63,474 nucleotides of DNA, filler included, from Chiloscyllium plagiosum (GCF_004010195.1; 4 parts of one record of this genome joined end to end with filler, not necessarily neighbours in it); one strand, 5' to 3'; shown: positions 23,381-37,235, counted from the first letter of the whole stretch. Numbers and translations: made by a program. The notes: generated from the letters alone by a model not told the origin.

Positions 23381-24591
23381 AACAAACGTTCAGAGGAATG
23401 AGAATGTGAAAATGGAAGTGCTACCTGATGAGAAATCATAGCAGCTCACGGGGTACGGGTCAATGGGTCTCGGTATGAGTTGGGCGACAGACATCAGAAT
23501 TGCATTGCAGAAACTGCAGCTCAAAGCCGGGAATTCATGTAATAGTGTAGATCAAAGTTGGACAGAAGGAGAATTGTACTGAGTCACAATCTGTAACTTT
23601 TTGCCCAGGATAATTCCTCAGTCCATTATTCCCATTAAGCTGAATGATGTTTCAGTCACGAGTGTAGGTGAACATACCAGAGTCAGAGCCGTGTGTACCT
23701 AAAACTGATGACAACCCATTTAAAGCTACCACACTTGACGACTCACTTGCATTGCAAACGGCAGGACTAACATCTGATAGAGAGGACGAAATGATTACAA
23801 AGCAAACAGATCAGATCGAAGCTCTGCAGTCCTGCCACAGCCAGTGAGAAATGGATTTGAACGATGAAACAACTGACGAAAGAAGAGGACTCCACAAATA
23901 TTTTTTTTAAAAAATGTTCAATGGGATTANNNNNNNNNNNNNNNNNNNNNNNNNNNNNNNNNNNNNNNNNNNNNNNNNNNNNNNNNNNNNNNNNNNNNNN
24001 NNNNNNNNNNNNNNNNNNNNNNNNNNNNNNNNNNNNNNNNNNACAAACGTTCAGATGAATGAGAATGTGAAAATGGAAGTGCTACCTGATGAGAAACCAT
24101 AGTAGCTCACGGGGTACGGGTCAATGGGTCTCGGTATGCGTTGGGCGACAGACATCAGAATTGCATTGCAGAAACTGCAGCTCAAACCCGGAAATTCATG
24201 TAATAGTGTAGATCACAGTTGGACAGAGGGAGAATTGTACTGAGTCACAATCTGTAACTTTTTGCCCAGGATAATTCCTCAGTCCATTATTCCCATTAAG
24301 CTGAATGATGTTTCAGTCACGAGTGTAGGTGAACATACCAGAGTCAGAGCCGTGTGTACCTAAAACTGATGCCAACCCATTTAAAGCTACCACACTTGAC
24401 GACTCACTTACATTGCAAACAGCAGGACTAACATCTGATAGAGAGGACGAATTGATTACAAAGCAAACAAATCAGATCGAAGCTCTGCAGTCCTGCCACA
24501 GCCAGTGAGAAATGGAGTTGAACTATGAAACAACTGACGAATGAAGAGGACTCCACAAATATTTTTTTTATAAAAATGTTCAATGGGATTA
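23381..24591. repeat. ~550-bp direct duplication flanking an N gap (23381-23929 / 24043-24591)
   Basis: acaaacgttcaga...aatgggatta x2, highly similar. Confidence 0.95.
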
Positions 24592-25350
24592 GTGTGTCGC
24601 TGGGTAGGTCATCATTTATTGCCCGGAGGGTAGTTAAGAGTCAAACACACTGCTGTGGGTCTGGAGGTACAAGTAGCCCAGAGCAGGAATGAATGGCAGT
24701 TTCTTTCCCGAAAGGGCATCTGCGAACAAGATGGGTTTCCCACACAATTAGCAACTGTTTCATGATCATCATTAGACTCTTAATTCCGAACATTTATTGG
24801 ATTTGAATTCCACCATTTGCTGTGGCAGAATTCGAACTCAGGTCACACGAGCATTGCCTGGGTCGCTAGACTAACAGCTCAATACCACTAGGTTATTTCT
24901 TCCCCGAAAGAATGGAACTTTGGTGCACATCAGTGTAAAAGACAGTATGCAATGTCTGCACCATCCTCAGCCAGAAATGTTCCTTAGATGATGCCCACAG
25001 AATCACAGATGCCAGTTTCCAACCAATTCGATTTGCTGCACCTCACATGAAGAAAGAGCTGAACGCAGTAGGTGCAAAAAAGGCATTGGGCCCTGACACC
25101 ATTCCTGCAATAGGACTGAAGACTTGTGCTGCACAACAAGCCGTGTCCCTGTGGGAACTGTTTCATTCCAGCTCCAACTCTGACATCTCCCTGCCAATGT
25201 GGAATATTCCTCAACTGTATCCAGTCCCTTAAGAGAAAAATAACTACAATCTGACCATTTACCACCCCCTCAGTCCCATCACGATAGACAAAATGGTGTG
25301 AGTTATTTTTGACAGAGCTGTCAAGCAGCACAGAAATTATCTGCTCAGTG
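23480..25350 (+). mobile_element. Second CR1-group LINE ORF2 fragment (partly duplicated, SINE-interrupted)
   Basis: cagatcgaagctctgcagtcctgccaca..; ORF 25047 KALGPDTIPAIGLKTCA..MWNIPQLYPV. Paralog at about 55790-56620. Confidence 0.8.
24575..24900 (-). mobile_element. tRNA-derived SINE
   Basis: ttaagagtcaa..tgctgtgggtctggag..gaattccaccatttgctgtggcagaattcgaac (antisense B box)..aataccactag. Confidence 0.85.
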
Positions 25351-25371
25351 TGGTTTCTGATTGGTGCCCAT

Positions 25372-25855
25372 GTGGAGATGCTGCTGTTGTGGAAATATCA
25401 CTGGATTACCAATCCAGACCAGGCTAGTGCTCTGGCAGCTGGTGGAAGTTAAAATCAACTGATAAGATATCGAAATCTAAAATCTGCTGTCAGTAACAGT
25501 GACCTTGAAGCCAATGTCGATTGTAAACACCAATTGCCTTCCCAACGTACTTTCAGGCAGTGAAAATCCCCTGCTTTCCTGTTCTGGCCTGAAAGTGCCT
25601 CCACACGACAGACATGTGGTAAACTCTTCAACAGTCTCTAAAATGCCAAGCAAGACACTCTATTGTATCAAACTGTTACAAGCTCTTAATGGATAAAACT
25701 CTATTGTATCAAACTGTTACAAGCTCTTAATGGATAAAATTGGACAAAACACCCGGCACCAGTCTCGGTATCAGAAAAGGGAATGGGAAACACAGTCCTG
25801 TTAATCCTGCAGATATCTCCGTCCTAACAGCTGAGAGCTTGTAACACATGTACAG
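25372..25855 (+). mobile_element. tRNA-like head + LINE 5' region, with a 41-bp tandem duplication (25657-25738)
   Basis: Homologous to 56650-57090 and 63140-63325; actctattgtatcaaactgttacaagctcttaatggataaa x2. Confidence 0.7.
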
Positions 25856-25857
25856 AG

Positions 25858-26168
25858 TGGGTGGTACCGTGGCACAGTGGTTAGCACTGCTGCCTCACAG
25901 CGCCAGGGACCCACGTTCAATTCCCGCCTCAGGCAACTGTCTGTGTGAAGTTTGCACATTCTCTCCGTGTCTGCGAGGGTTTCCTCCCACAGTCCAAAAA
26001 TGCGCCGGTTAGCTGCATTGGCCATGCTAAATTGCGCGTAGTGTTTGGTGAAGGGGTAAATGTAGGCGAATGGATCTGGGTGGGTTGCTCTTTGGAGGGT
26101 CGGTGTGGACTTGTTGGGCCAAAGGGCCTGTTTCCACACTGAAAGTAAACTGTATCTGAATAATCTAA
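25858..26168 (+). mobile_element. HE1-type V-SINE, near full length
   Basis: A box tggcacagtgg, B box gttcaattccc, V-domain tttgcacattctc..ggtttcctcccacagtccaaa, CR1-like tail gggcctgtttccacactg. Confidence 0.92.
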
Positions 26169-26404
26169 GGTGTTGTTAGAAGTACTTGAATCAATCCCCA
26201 TAAACACCCCATGGTAAAATCAAACCCAGGTTCTTCCAGGAGAGATCCCAGAGAGAGAGGGGAGATCAGCATGGATCTTCTTCTTTGGCCTGATTGCTTC
26301 AGAAGTGGCTGCCTGCTTTCAGTAAACAGCTAGTCTGTGAATGATCAGTCCAAACAAATCAAAGCAGAGGGTCTGCGCTGGGAGAACTGGCCACTCCCCT
26401 TTCA

Positions 26405-28920
26405 TAAGAACAGAAGAGCAGAAGGACTAGGAGCAGGAGTAGGCCATCTGGTCCTTCTAACCTGCTCAGCCATTCTGTAACATCAAGGCTGATCTACTCG
26501 TTGACTCTTATCCACTTACCCGCGCTCTCACCGTCATTGTTCAAAATATATCTATCTCAGCTCGAAAAACATTTACTGAAGTAACGTCAACTACTTCACT
26601 GGGCAGGGAATTCCATAGAATTACAAGCCTCTGGGTGAAAAGGTTCTTTCTCAATTCAATCCTAAATCTGCTCCCTCTAATATTGAGGTTATTCCATCTT
26701 GTCCTAGCTTCAACTACCAGTGGAACCATCATCTCCACTTTTTTCTAACGTCATCCCTTAATTATTTTTATGTTTCTATAAGATCCTCCCCCATTCTTCT
26801 AAATTCCAATGAATATAATGCTGATCTACTCTGTCTCTCCTCATAAGACAACCCCCTCAACTCCAGATTCACCAGAGTGAATCTCCTCTGCACCACCTCC
26901 ACAGCCAGTACATCGCTTTGCAAGTAAGGAGGCCAAAACTGCTCACAGTACTCCAGGTACGACCTCACCAGCACCCTGTACAGCTGCAAAATAACCTCCC
27001 TGCTTTTAAATTCAACCCCTTTTGCAATGAAGAACAAAATACCATCTACCTTCCTAATTACTTGATGTACCTGCAGATCAACCTTCTGTGATTCATGCAC
27101 AAGGACACCCAGGTCCCTCTGCACAGCAGCATGCTGCATCTTTTTCCAATTCAAGTAATAATCCTTTTTAATGGTACTCCGAACAAAATAGATTACTTCA
27201 TATTTATTAACATTGTATTCCATCTGCCATATCTTTCCCCATTCATGCAATGTAATTATTTTCCTCTGCAAAGTTTCACAGTACTCTGCACACTTTCCTC
27301 TGCCGCTCATCTTCGTGCCATCTGCAAACTTTGACAAACTACTCATGCTCCCAACTCCACATCGTCTATATAAATTGTGAATAATTGCAACCCCAACACT
27401 GATCCCTGAGGCACAGCACTCAGCACTGATTGCCAGCCAGGATAGCACTCATTTATACCCACTCTTTGCTTCCCGTTAGTCAACCAATATTTTATCCATG
27501 CTAATACGTCAGCCGTAACGCCATCCATCTTTATCTTATGCAGCAGCCTTCTATGTGGCACCCTGTCAAAGCCCTTTTGAAACCTAGATACACCACATCC
27601 ACTGCGGCCTCGTTGTCTATCTTGCTCGTAAGGTCTTCGTAGGTTTCCATGATCTGCCCTTCATGCATCCTTGCTGCATCTGTGCAATGGACCGTTTTCT
27701 ATCAAAATTTCTTGCTATTTCTTCCTTGATAATACAGTCAAGGCATCTTCTCCACTACTCAGCTTAAGTTAACTGGTTTGTAATTCCCCAACTTTTATCG
27801 ACCTGCCTTTTTAAACAATGGTGTCTCATTTGCTGTTTTTCAATCTGCTAGGACTGCCCCAGAGTTCAGCAAATTTTAGAAAATTACCACAAGTGCACTT
27901 GTTATTTCTCCCGCTATCTTTTTAGTACTCTGGGATACATTCCATCAGGGCCAGGGGATTCGTCTACACATAGTTCCATTAGCTTGCCCAACGCTACCAA
28001 TAATGATTGTTCACAAGTCCTCACCTACCCTCATCTCTTTGGTAAAAACAAGGACTGCAGATGCTGGAAACCAGATTCTAGATTAGAGTGGTGCTGGTAA
28101 AGCACAACAGTTCAGAACATTCCTGATGAAAGGCTTTTGCTCGAAACGTCGATGTTTCTGCTCCTCAGATGCTGCCTGATATGCTGTGCTTTACCAACAC
28201 CACTCTAATCTAGAATCTTCATCTCTTCGTCGATCACTGGCATGTTATTAGTGTCGTTCACTATGAAAACTGATACAAAAAACTGTTCAATGCCTCAGAC
28301 ATTTCATCATATCCTATAACTAAATGTTCCTTCTTATCCTCTCAAGGACCAACATTTAAGTTAGCCACTCATTTTAATTTTATATATTTAGGGAATCATC
28401 TGCTATCTGTCTTCATATACTGTGCGAGTTTTGTTTTGTCGTGTTCTATCCTACTTTTCTTTGTAGCTCTTTTCATGGATTTCTGTTGACCTTTAATCTT
28501 TTCCCAGTCTTCAAGGTTCCTGCTGTTCTTGTCCACTTTGCATTCCATCTCTTTCAATTTGATAGCCTTGCGTATTTGCTTAGACACCCACGGCAGATTT
28601 CACTTTTCTTAGTCTTTCTTTTTCACTGAATATACTTTTGCTAAGGACTTTGAAAAATTCCTTTGAAAATCCTCCACTGCTCGTCAACTCTCACCATACA
28701 GTATTTGTTTCCAGTCGATTTTAGCCAAGTCCTCCCTCATTCTGCTGTAGTCTCCCTCGTTTAAGCACAGGAACCTGGTATTGAATTTTATCTTCACACA
28801 CTCCATCTCTGTTTTAAATTCAACCATACGTTGATCATTCCTTCCAATTTGATTCCTAACTATGAGGTCTTTAATTATTCCTGTCTCGTTGCACAGGACC
28901 CGATCTTGCATGGCTTGCTC
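26405..28920 (-). mobile_element. CR1 ORF2 + 3' UTR, decayed
   Basis: SAVPQGSVLG, SKFADGTK, VQRDLGVLV, LFTQRLVILWNSLP. Confidence 0.92.
28043..28218. mobile_element. Penelope-derived fold-back (inverted pLTR) mini-element
   Basis: 34-bp inverted arms at 28073-28106 and 28185-28218; flanked by tcatctctt(t/c)g repeats at 28031 and 28219. Confidence 0.85.
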
Positions 28921-29279
28921 CTTATTGTACTTGTTTTAATGTTAGACAAGAAAGCATTCCCAAGTAGTCAAACTCAGACTTTTCGGATTCGCTGCTTTTA
29001 AGACCGCTATGAAAAATAAACAAGGACAGCGTAACCTTGTTAAAGGAGTAGCATTGTCACAACACTGCACTTGGGACGTCATCAAAAATGTTTTTGAAAA
29101 TCCAAATTACATCTATTGCTTCGCCATAATTTATTTCGCAGTCGGATTCTTAAATATGATTCACCTTTAATAATTAGGCATTGATTTGATCCATGTTCAT
29201 TACTTTCGATTTAATTTAATTCTCAAAGTTCCCTGGCAAAGCATTCTTTCTCACAGATTGTTGTATTGTCCTGACTGCT

Positions 29280-31190
29280 TCTTTGGTGCGTAGCAGACTG
29301 TCATTCCCTGCTGTCTCCCTGCCTCCTTTAGAAATATTGTGGTTATATTTGCTGCTCTCAAATCTGTCCATTCAATCATCAGGAATTTGGAAGACAGCAA
29401 GCAAAGTATCCATTATTCCCATGGCCACCTCCTTTAGGAATCAGAGATAAAGATTATCAGGCTGTGGGGATTTATCAGATTTCAGTTCAAATAATTTCTC
29501 CAAAACTGTTTATTTACTGATTTGATTACATTTCCTTTCTTTCTCAGTAGATCTCGAATTGTTTGGAAGCTATTTTTAAAAAATTCTTTCATGAAGGCAG
29601 AACTGAAGTAGATGCTTCATAACCTGCCATTTTCCTGTTCTCCATTCGCTAGTTTCGGTCTGTAAGGAAGCTACAGTTATCTTCTCCAACATTTCACCTC
29701 GGTATATTGTACGTTGAGAAGATTTTACATTTCACGCTTGTTAATGTACTCTTCCAAATCCCATTACTTCCTGTCTTAAGCTGTTCAATGATTGACCTTC
29801 CACAGTCATACAATCACAGAAGCATAGACTCTGTACCATCAAAAATACAGCACAATCTATATTATTCCAAATTTCCTACATTTGTCCCGTAGCTCTGAAT
29901 GGTATGACACTTCAAGTGCTCGTCCAAATAATTTTTCATGGTTGGGAGGTGACCCATGATCACCGACCCCCTTAGGAACAGCATTGCAGATTCCACGACC
30001 CTCTGGGTGAAAAACAATCCCTGAATCATCTCTAATCCTCAAATCCTTCCATTTAAAAGTGTGCTCCCCTGTTCTTGGCCATTTGACCAAATGGAACAGC
30101 TGCTGTCTATCCACCCTGTCCATCTTATCCTTCTGAGTCACGTCCCCCTCAGCCTTTTCTCATTCAAACTAAACAACCCGAGCTTATCCAGCCTTTTTCC
30201 ATAGCTGATATGCTCCATCATTGGAAACATCCAGGTGAATCTCTGTATCCCCTCCAGAATAATCACATACTTCCTGTAATGTGGTTTCCAGAACTCCACA
30301 CAGTATTCCGTCTTGGCCTCACCAAGGTGTAACATAGCTCTTGTAATCTATGCCTCTATGAGTAAAGGGTATGCCTACAGTTTCCATTGACTTCTTACGT
30401 AATCTTTTATCCTTCCACGTCACATTCAAGAATGTGTGGAGTAGCTCCCTATCAGCTTCCTTGTGTGCTGAAATTCATTGTGTATTCCCCATTTGGTTCC
30501 TTCTTCCAAAGTGCATCACCTCAGTTATCAGAGTTACATTCCATCTGCCATTGATCCACCCAACTGACCATTCCATCTGTATCTTCCTGTAACATAAGAC
30601 CTTCCTCCTCACTGCCAAACACCCGGTCAATCGTTGTGTCAAACACAGACTTACTTATCACACTCCCACTCCCCCTCGATATTCACATCTGTACCATTTA
30701 TGAATACCACAAGGGACACAGCACTGATCACTATGGTACACCATGGGACACCAGTCTCCAGTCACACAAACAGACTACTACCACCACGTATTTTGTGCAA
30801 AAGTTTCTCTAACACTGATCTGAAACACACTGGTCTATAGTTCTCTGTTCTATCTCTACCACCCTTCCTATAAGGGTGTTCTCCAGTCTTCGGGCACCTC
30901 ACCTGTGACCAGATTCTATTTAAACATTTGCATCAGTGCCTTTCATCCCTTGTCTCCAACTTCAGCCTGAGATGTAACTGATCTGGACTTGTGGATTGGT
31001 CCTATTTTAAACCAGCCAGTAACGTCAACCCCTGCTCATATCTTACATCAATCTGTTCAAGAGCTTCCCTGTCCAACTTCTTGAATTCTGTACCTGCCTC
31101 CTCCTTTTCCCAAGTAAACAGACGTAAAGTTCTCATATAACAATCAATCAGCGTCTCCAGTTTCAAACACAGATTCCCGCCTTGATCCCA
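29280..31190 (-). mobile_element. Old CR1 fragments (a second 3' end near 29800)
   Basis: EYCVEFWKPHYRK..LDKLGLFSL, DRVDRQQLF. Confidence 0.8.
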
Positions 31191-31191
31191 G

Positions 31192-31300
31192 ACCGAGTCT
31201 CCTCAGCAGACCATTGTGCCACCTGAGGCATTAATCTGGAGAATGCCCATTCAGTATATGTGATCAGTATATTTTACTTAGATCAAGACATCAAAATTGT
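31192..31300 (+). pseudogene. Possible IgV N-terminal remnant
   Basis: cccag|ACC: TESPQQTIVPPE...SVYFT*IK (TQSP-like start; TAG at the Trp position). Confidence 0.22.
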
Positions 31301-32349
31301 ACCGGTCCAGTCCAGGTACAGTCCCCCCCAACTCTCTGTGTTACTGGTGAAGAATGTCTTTACTTCCAGTCGGAGCAAATCACTGCAGAAGCAGAATCTG
31401 TACTGAAACCAACACATGCTGGAGCTCACAGTGAATCAGACAGCATCGTAAAGAGAGAGCAAGCTGACACTTTGTGTCTAGTTTATTCTTCGTCGTCTGT
31501 ATTCGGATTCCCTTTAAATGAAGGCGTTTAAAGGGGCACAGCACTGAAACCTGTGGCACACCAGCGTACACCGGTCTGCAGTCACACAAACAGCCTTCTA
31601 CAACCTAATAGTTTCTCTAATGCTTACCTTCCCCGTTTGCATTTGTTCCTCCCAATGCACTTTGCTTTAATGTTTTCCCCTAACTTACTGTGCGTGCTGA
31701 TTAAAACTCCTCCTGAATATCTGACTAGACCACGTTCACTGAGTCGCCATTGCTTACATCTTTAGGAGGTATCTTAGCGAAAAAAATTGTAAATTATAAC
31801 TTACCTTTCACAAATGCAGAACAATTATTTTGAAATTTACTCTTACTTTCTCATTGTCCAATTAGGTCTTTGTCACAATAGCTTGCAACAGATTCCCCAC
31901 TGTGGATGGCAGCTAACTAGCCTGTAGTCCTCCACTCTCCCACTTCTTCCCTTCTTAATTCGTTTGAATGCATTTATAACCTTCCGAAGTGAATACAGAG
32001 AAATGCAGTGGCCCCTATTGCAATCAACATGTGTATTGCTGTTTTCTCTGTAATTTCAGTTTGAATTATATCCGGTCTGTCAGACTTATCAATCCTCATC
32101 CCAGTTCTGTTTCCAAACTCTACCTCGTAACGGTATATGATTGATTTTACTCTTTAGTTACAAAGGTCCCGTGATGACTTGGTATTTCTGGATCTTCCTC
32201 TTTGAAGACATACGCAATGTAACTTGTTCGCCTCCTTGACATTTTTCTGCTCTCTACAATAAATCATCATATCTACACATTCGATGTACCACGTTTGATC
32301 TTGGTATCATTTTCCTTTCAAGTTTCAACAGACGCTTTTTGCTAGTATT

Positions 32350-34785
32350 TACAAATAACAAAGAAAATCACAGCACAGGAACAGTCCCTTCAGCCCTCCA
32401 AGCCCGTGCCGATCCAAATCATCTATCTAAATCTGTCCCCTATTTTCTAAGGATCTGTATCCCTCTGCGTCCTCATATTAAATTACACTATCATTCCCGC
32501 CTCTACCACCTCCACTGGCAACTCTTTCCAGCCACCCACCACTCTCGGTGCAAAGAACCTTTCGAGCCTATCTCCAATAAACTTCTCCCCTTACGTCTTG
32601 AAATCTTTACCCCTAGTAACTGGGTCCCCCACTCTGGCAATAAGCTTCTTGCTATCCACCCTGTTTATATCCTCATGATTTTGTCGACCTCAATCAATTC
32701 CCCCCTCAACCTATGTCTTTCTAATGAAAATAATCCTAATCTACCAAACCTCTCTTTGTATGTCGTTCTCTCCATACTAGGCAATATTCTGGTGAAAATC
32801 CTCTGCCCTCTTTCCAAAGCATCCAGATCCTTTCAGTAATGTGGCAAACAAACTGTCCGCAGTATTCTAAATGTGGTCGAAACAATGTCCTATACAACTG
32901 TAATATGGCCTGGCCTACTCTTGGACGCAATAGATTCCAACAGATTCCCTCCTGTGGGTGACGAGTTAACTGGTCTGTGGTTCTCCACTTCGGAAATTGT
33001 TGGAATGCTGGAAGGAAAGTATGCTGTATGCCTTCTTGATCATTCTATCGACATGCCACTTCCAGCGAACAATGGACCTGAATATCCAGGTCTCTCTGTA
33101 CATCAATTATTTCCCTGGGCTTTTTCCAGTTACTGTATAATTCGCTCTTGAATTGGATCTTCCAAAATGCATCACCTTACACCTGCCATTTCTCCACCCA
33201 ACTCTGCAATCTATCTACTGGAATGCAGGAAGGAAAGTATGCTGTATGCCTTCTTGATCATTCTATCGACATGCCACTTCTGCGAACAATGGACCTGAAT
33301 ATCCAGGTCTCTCTGTACATCAATTTTTTCCCTGGGCTTTTTCCAGTTACTGTATAATTCGCTCTTGAATTGGATCTTCCAAAATGCATCACCTTACACC
33401 TGCCATTTCTCCACCCAACTCTGCAATCTATCTACATTCACCTGTGTTCTCTGACAGTCCCCTCAACTTTCTGCTACTCTAACAATTTAAGTGTTATCTG
33501 CAAACTTGCTAATCAGACCACGTATACCTTCCTTCAGACCATGTAATTATATCACAAAAAAAGTAGTCCCAGCATGGATCCCTGTGAAACACCACACAGA
33601 ACAGTTATCCATTTTGAGAAACTCCCTTCCATTACTACTCTCTATCTCCTGTTGCGCAGCCACTCCTCTAACCATCTAGCTAGGACGCCCTGGACTCCTG
33701 CGACTTCACCTTCTCCATCAGTCTATCTCATCAAACGCCTTACTGACGTCCATACCGCCCACAGGACTACCTCACACTGATCAGAAGTAAACTCCATCTG
33801 CCAGTACACTCCACTGTTTATATCTGATCGATATCAGACTGTAGACTGAGAACATCCGCTTCACTGTGGACTATACCCTCACCTTTCCTGTCATCTGCAA
33901 ACCTACTAATGATACCATATGCTTTCACATCCAAGTCATTAATATACATAATAAACAGCGATAGTTCCTGTACAGATTATTGTGGTTCCCCCTCTGGGCA
34001 AAGGCTTTCAATCACAAAACACTCCACCAATTATGGATCCGATTTCCCAACTTGCCTTGGATCCCGTGGACTCCTCCCTTTTGGACAAGACTTCTATGTG
34101 GGACCTTGTCAAAACGCCTTAATGAACTCCATGGAGGCCACATCATCTGCACTATTCTCATAAATATTTTTAGACACCACTTCAAAAACTCAGCTGAATT
34201 CATCTGACAGGGTCTTCCTCTACCAAATCTATGCTGACTATCCGTAACCAATTATTTCCTTTTGGCATGGTGATCCATCCTGTCCCTCAGCATTGTTCTC
34301 AATAATTTCCCTCCCACGGCTGTCAGACTATCTGCTCTATAATTACCTGGCCTATCCCTGCTGTCCTTTTTGAACAAAGGAACCACATTAGCGATCCTCC
34401 AGTCATTCAGCACTTCACCTGTGACGAGCAAAGAATTAAATATATCCACCAGGGCCCTAACAATCAACTCCCTTACCTCCCATAGCAGCCTGGCATACAT
34501 TTCATTGGCACTGGGGATTTATCCACCCTTATGCCTATGAAAACATTTATTACCTCCTCCTTATTGATCTTAACATGTTCTAGTACCTCAGCGTACGAAC
34601 TGAAATCCCCGGCTGCAATGCCTTTCTCCTGTTTGAATACAGGTGGAAGTGTTCATTGAAGACCTCCCCGAATTCCTCTGGCTCCATGCACAGATTGTCC
34701 CTTTGGTTTCTAAGATGCCCCACTGCTTAGTTGGGAATCCACTTACTCTTACTATTGTCATAAAATACCTTGTGGTTTTTCGAAT
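32350..34785 (-). mobile_element. Mosaic of CR1 fragments, including a ~218-bp tandem duplication (33001-33218 / 33219-33435)
   Basis: LYRTLFRPHLEYC, FDKVPH, DWRIANVVPLFKK..PGNYR; tggaatgc...ctatctac x2. Confidence 0.85.
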
Positions 34786-35700
34786 TCTGTGAGAAGCTTG
34801 GGAAGAGATTGCAGGGCCCTTAGCAGAGATATTTGTATTATCAACAGTCCCAGTGAACTGCTGGAAGATTGGAGAGTGGCTAATGCTGTTCCATCAGTTC
34901 AAGGCTGGAAAGAAACGCCAGAAAACGACAGACCACTGAGACAGACATCAGTGCTGTGTGAATTGTTGGAATAGATTCGAAGAAATTCATGCAGATGGAA
35001 ACGCAATGGCAGATTAAGGATAATCAGCATGGGTTTCTGTGTGAGAAATGATATCCCACAAACCTGATTGAGTTTTTGAGGAAGTGGACAGGAGGAAGAG
35101 TGGGAGATGGTGTGTAAAAGGTTCTGCATTGTCGAATGGTTAATAAGGTGTGATCCAGGGAGATACAAAGTTGGTTTGATGGTAGGAGACAGAGGGTGGT
35201 GGCATGGGTTTGTTGTTCTGAATGGACATTGTGACCGTTAGTGTGTGGCAACGATTGGCGCTGGATCGACTGTTTTTCTTCATTCGTATAAACGATTTAG
35301 AGGAGAATATAGGAGGCATATTTAGTACATTTATGGGTGACACTAAAGTTGGTGCCAGAATGGTCAGTGAAGAAGGTTGTCTCAGGTTTCCATGGGATGT
35401 TGATCAGGTGAGTCAGTGGGCTGAGGACAGCAGATGGAGTTTAATTTTTTTAAATGCGAGGAGTTGTATTTTAGTCAGGTGAAACAGAGTAGGACAAAAA
35501 CAGTTAATGGTGCAGCTCTGAGTAGTATTTTCAAAGAGAGAGAAATGGGTACTGGTACACAGTTGGTTGGATGTGGTGTCACAGGTAGACAGGGTGGGAA
35601 AGAAGGCATTTGGATCCATTTACCTTCATTAGTCAGAGCTTGAGAGACTGAGTTGGGACACCATATTGTGGCTGCACAGGGTATTGGTGAGACCATTTGT
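34786..35700 (+). mobile_element. CR1 RT fragment
   Basis: EDWRVANAVP, INDLEENIGGIFSTFMGDTKVG. Confidence 0.85.
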
Positions 35701-35704
35701 AACC

Positions 35705-35930
35705 ATTTAATGATGACCATAAAAGCATTATTGATCATCAGGAAAATCTCATCTGGTCCACTTATACCCTGAAGAGAAGGACATCTGACATTCTAACTCG
35801 GTTTGGCTGAAATGTGTTTCCAAAACTACAGCAACATGGCTAACTGTGAGCTGCTCTCTTGCAATTAGCAGTGGGTAATGAAAACTGGTCCAGCCAGTGA
35901 CACCCACATCCCATGAATGCATCAATAAAA
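35705..35930 (+). mobile_element. tRNA-derived SINE 3' part
   Basis: taatgatgaccataaa..catctggtccact..ccagtgacacccacatcccatgaatg. Confidence 0.7.
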
Positions 35931-36944
35931 GGGCATATTTCCCTTCCTACTTCACATCTGACACCACCGTGGAGTTGATCTTTATCCTGCAGATTGGGAA
36001 AGTTTGTGTGTGTGTGTATGTGGGTATGAATGTTCAGTTCTGTGTGTATGCGTTGGCACCTCTTCCTCAAGCAGAACAACCCTCGCTTATCTCTGTATCT
36101 TTTTCCAGTCCCTAAAGCATTCCTTATGTCTGTAACTGCCTTTCGGCCCAAATATGCTCCTGTTCCTCCAGTTTCTGTCAATATCGAACCTCCTTTATCC
36201 CCTCCTGCCCTGTTAATATCTGGTCAAAACCCAGTGACACTTTCTATCTCGATAAACTGGTTTGAGTCCCACAACTTGCTCTGTATTTGTAATTCTTTCT
36301 CTGTCCCATAACCCTCCATATCTCTTGAACCAACTCCAGCACAGATTATCCTCCCTCACTCTGTGAACTCCGCCTGCCACACAATCCATATCGACTTTTT
36401 ATTGTCATTGAGGCCTTTATCACACTTCATGTATTTGTCAGCACATCCAATACATTCAAGTCTCCCTGATCATCTCATTAAAGACAAACAATGTTTCCGC
36501 TTCCTCCAACACTCCTCTTGCAGGAAGAACCATTGCTCTCCCTTTAACACCTGCTTCAATGTTTTGATCGCTCTTTTGTCAGTTTCTGAGACGCTCTGCC
36601 TTCAGAATTATTAGCTTTTATTGACAGTCTTCGAAGCCTGTTTTGTTCTAATATGATCCTTAAAGACCCGAGGCAGTCACTGATTGGTATTTCTTGCACA
36701 AGTTTGGTCTGTGCCAAGGGAATGTCCTTTTGTTGAATATTTTCTTGCTGTTAATTTAGAGGCGTACATTTCAGTCTGTTTACCCTGTTTACCTTGGGCA
36801 GTTCTCCCCTCATACCCATCTAGTTTGCTTTGTTTCAATTTCAGACTGTCGGGTGTACTTGGAGTGGTCACTGTGGAACTTCATAATCCATTTGAATTCC
36901 ACCATATCACCCAACCCCACCCCCCGCCCCCCCTCCGCACCCCA

Positions 36945-37230
36945 CCACGGCCCCATCCCACTGCTGGCCAAGGACAGAGTGACTCTGATCAAAGACAAAG
37001 AAACCAAAAAACATCGCGGTAGGAGCACTTCAGAGACTTTCTCAACCAGGACTCTGTCATCGATCTGAGTGTCCTTGACCGTAGGCCACAGCGCGCTACA
37101 CACCACGGGCGCAGCAATGCCCCAGCCCCACATGAAGTAGAGAAGTCTGTCCGCCAGCTCATGAACAATAAGGCTGCTGGAGCAGACGGTCTCCCTGCTG
37201 AGGTATTGAAATGCGGAGGCACAGAGCTCT
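36945..37230 (+). mobile_element. RTE-clade LINE ORF2 fragment
   Basis: LLAKDRVTLIKDKE..EHFRDFLN..EVEKSVRQLMNNKAAGADGLPAEVLKCGG. Confidence 0.8.
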
Positions 37231-37235
37231 TGCAG

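Noticed and set aside
25858..25930. tRNA gene
   Set aside because: The A/B boxes belong to an HE1 SINE head that continues into the V-domain and CR1-like tail.
26170..26405. Possible LTR fragment
   Set aside because: No termini, promoter or polyA signal could be defined from the sequence.
36108..36311. Acceptor + open frame VPK..SGQNPVTLSISINWF as an Ig C domain
   Set aside because: Lacks the B-strand Cys and lies in pyrimidine-rich sequence; insufficient support.
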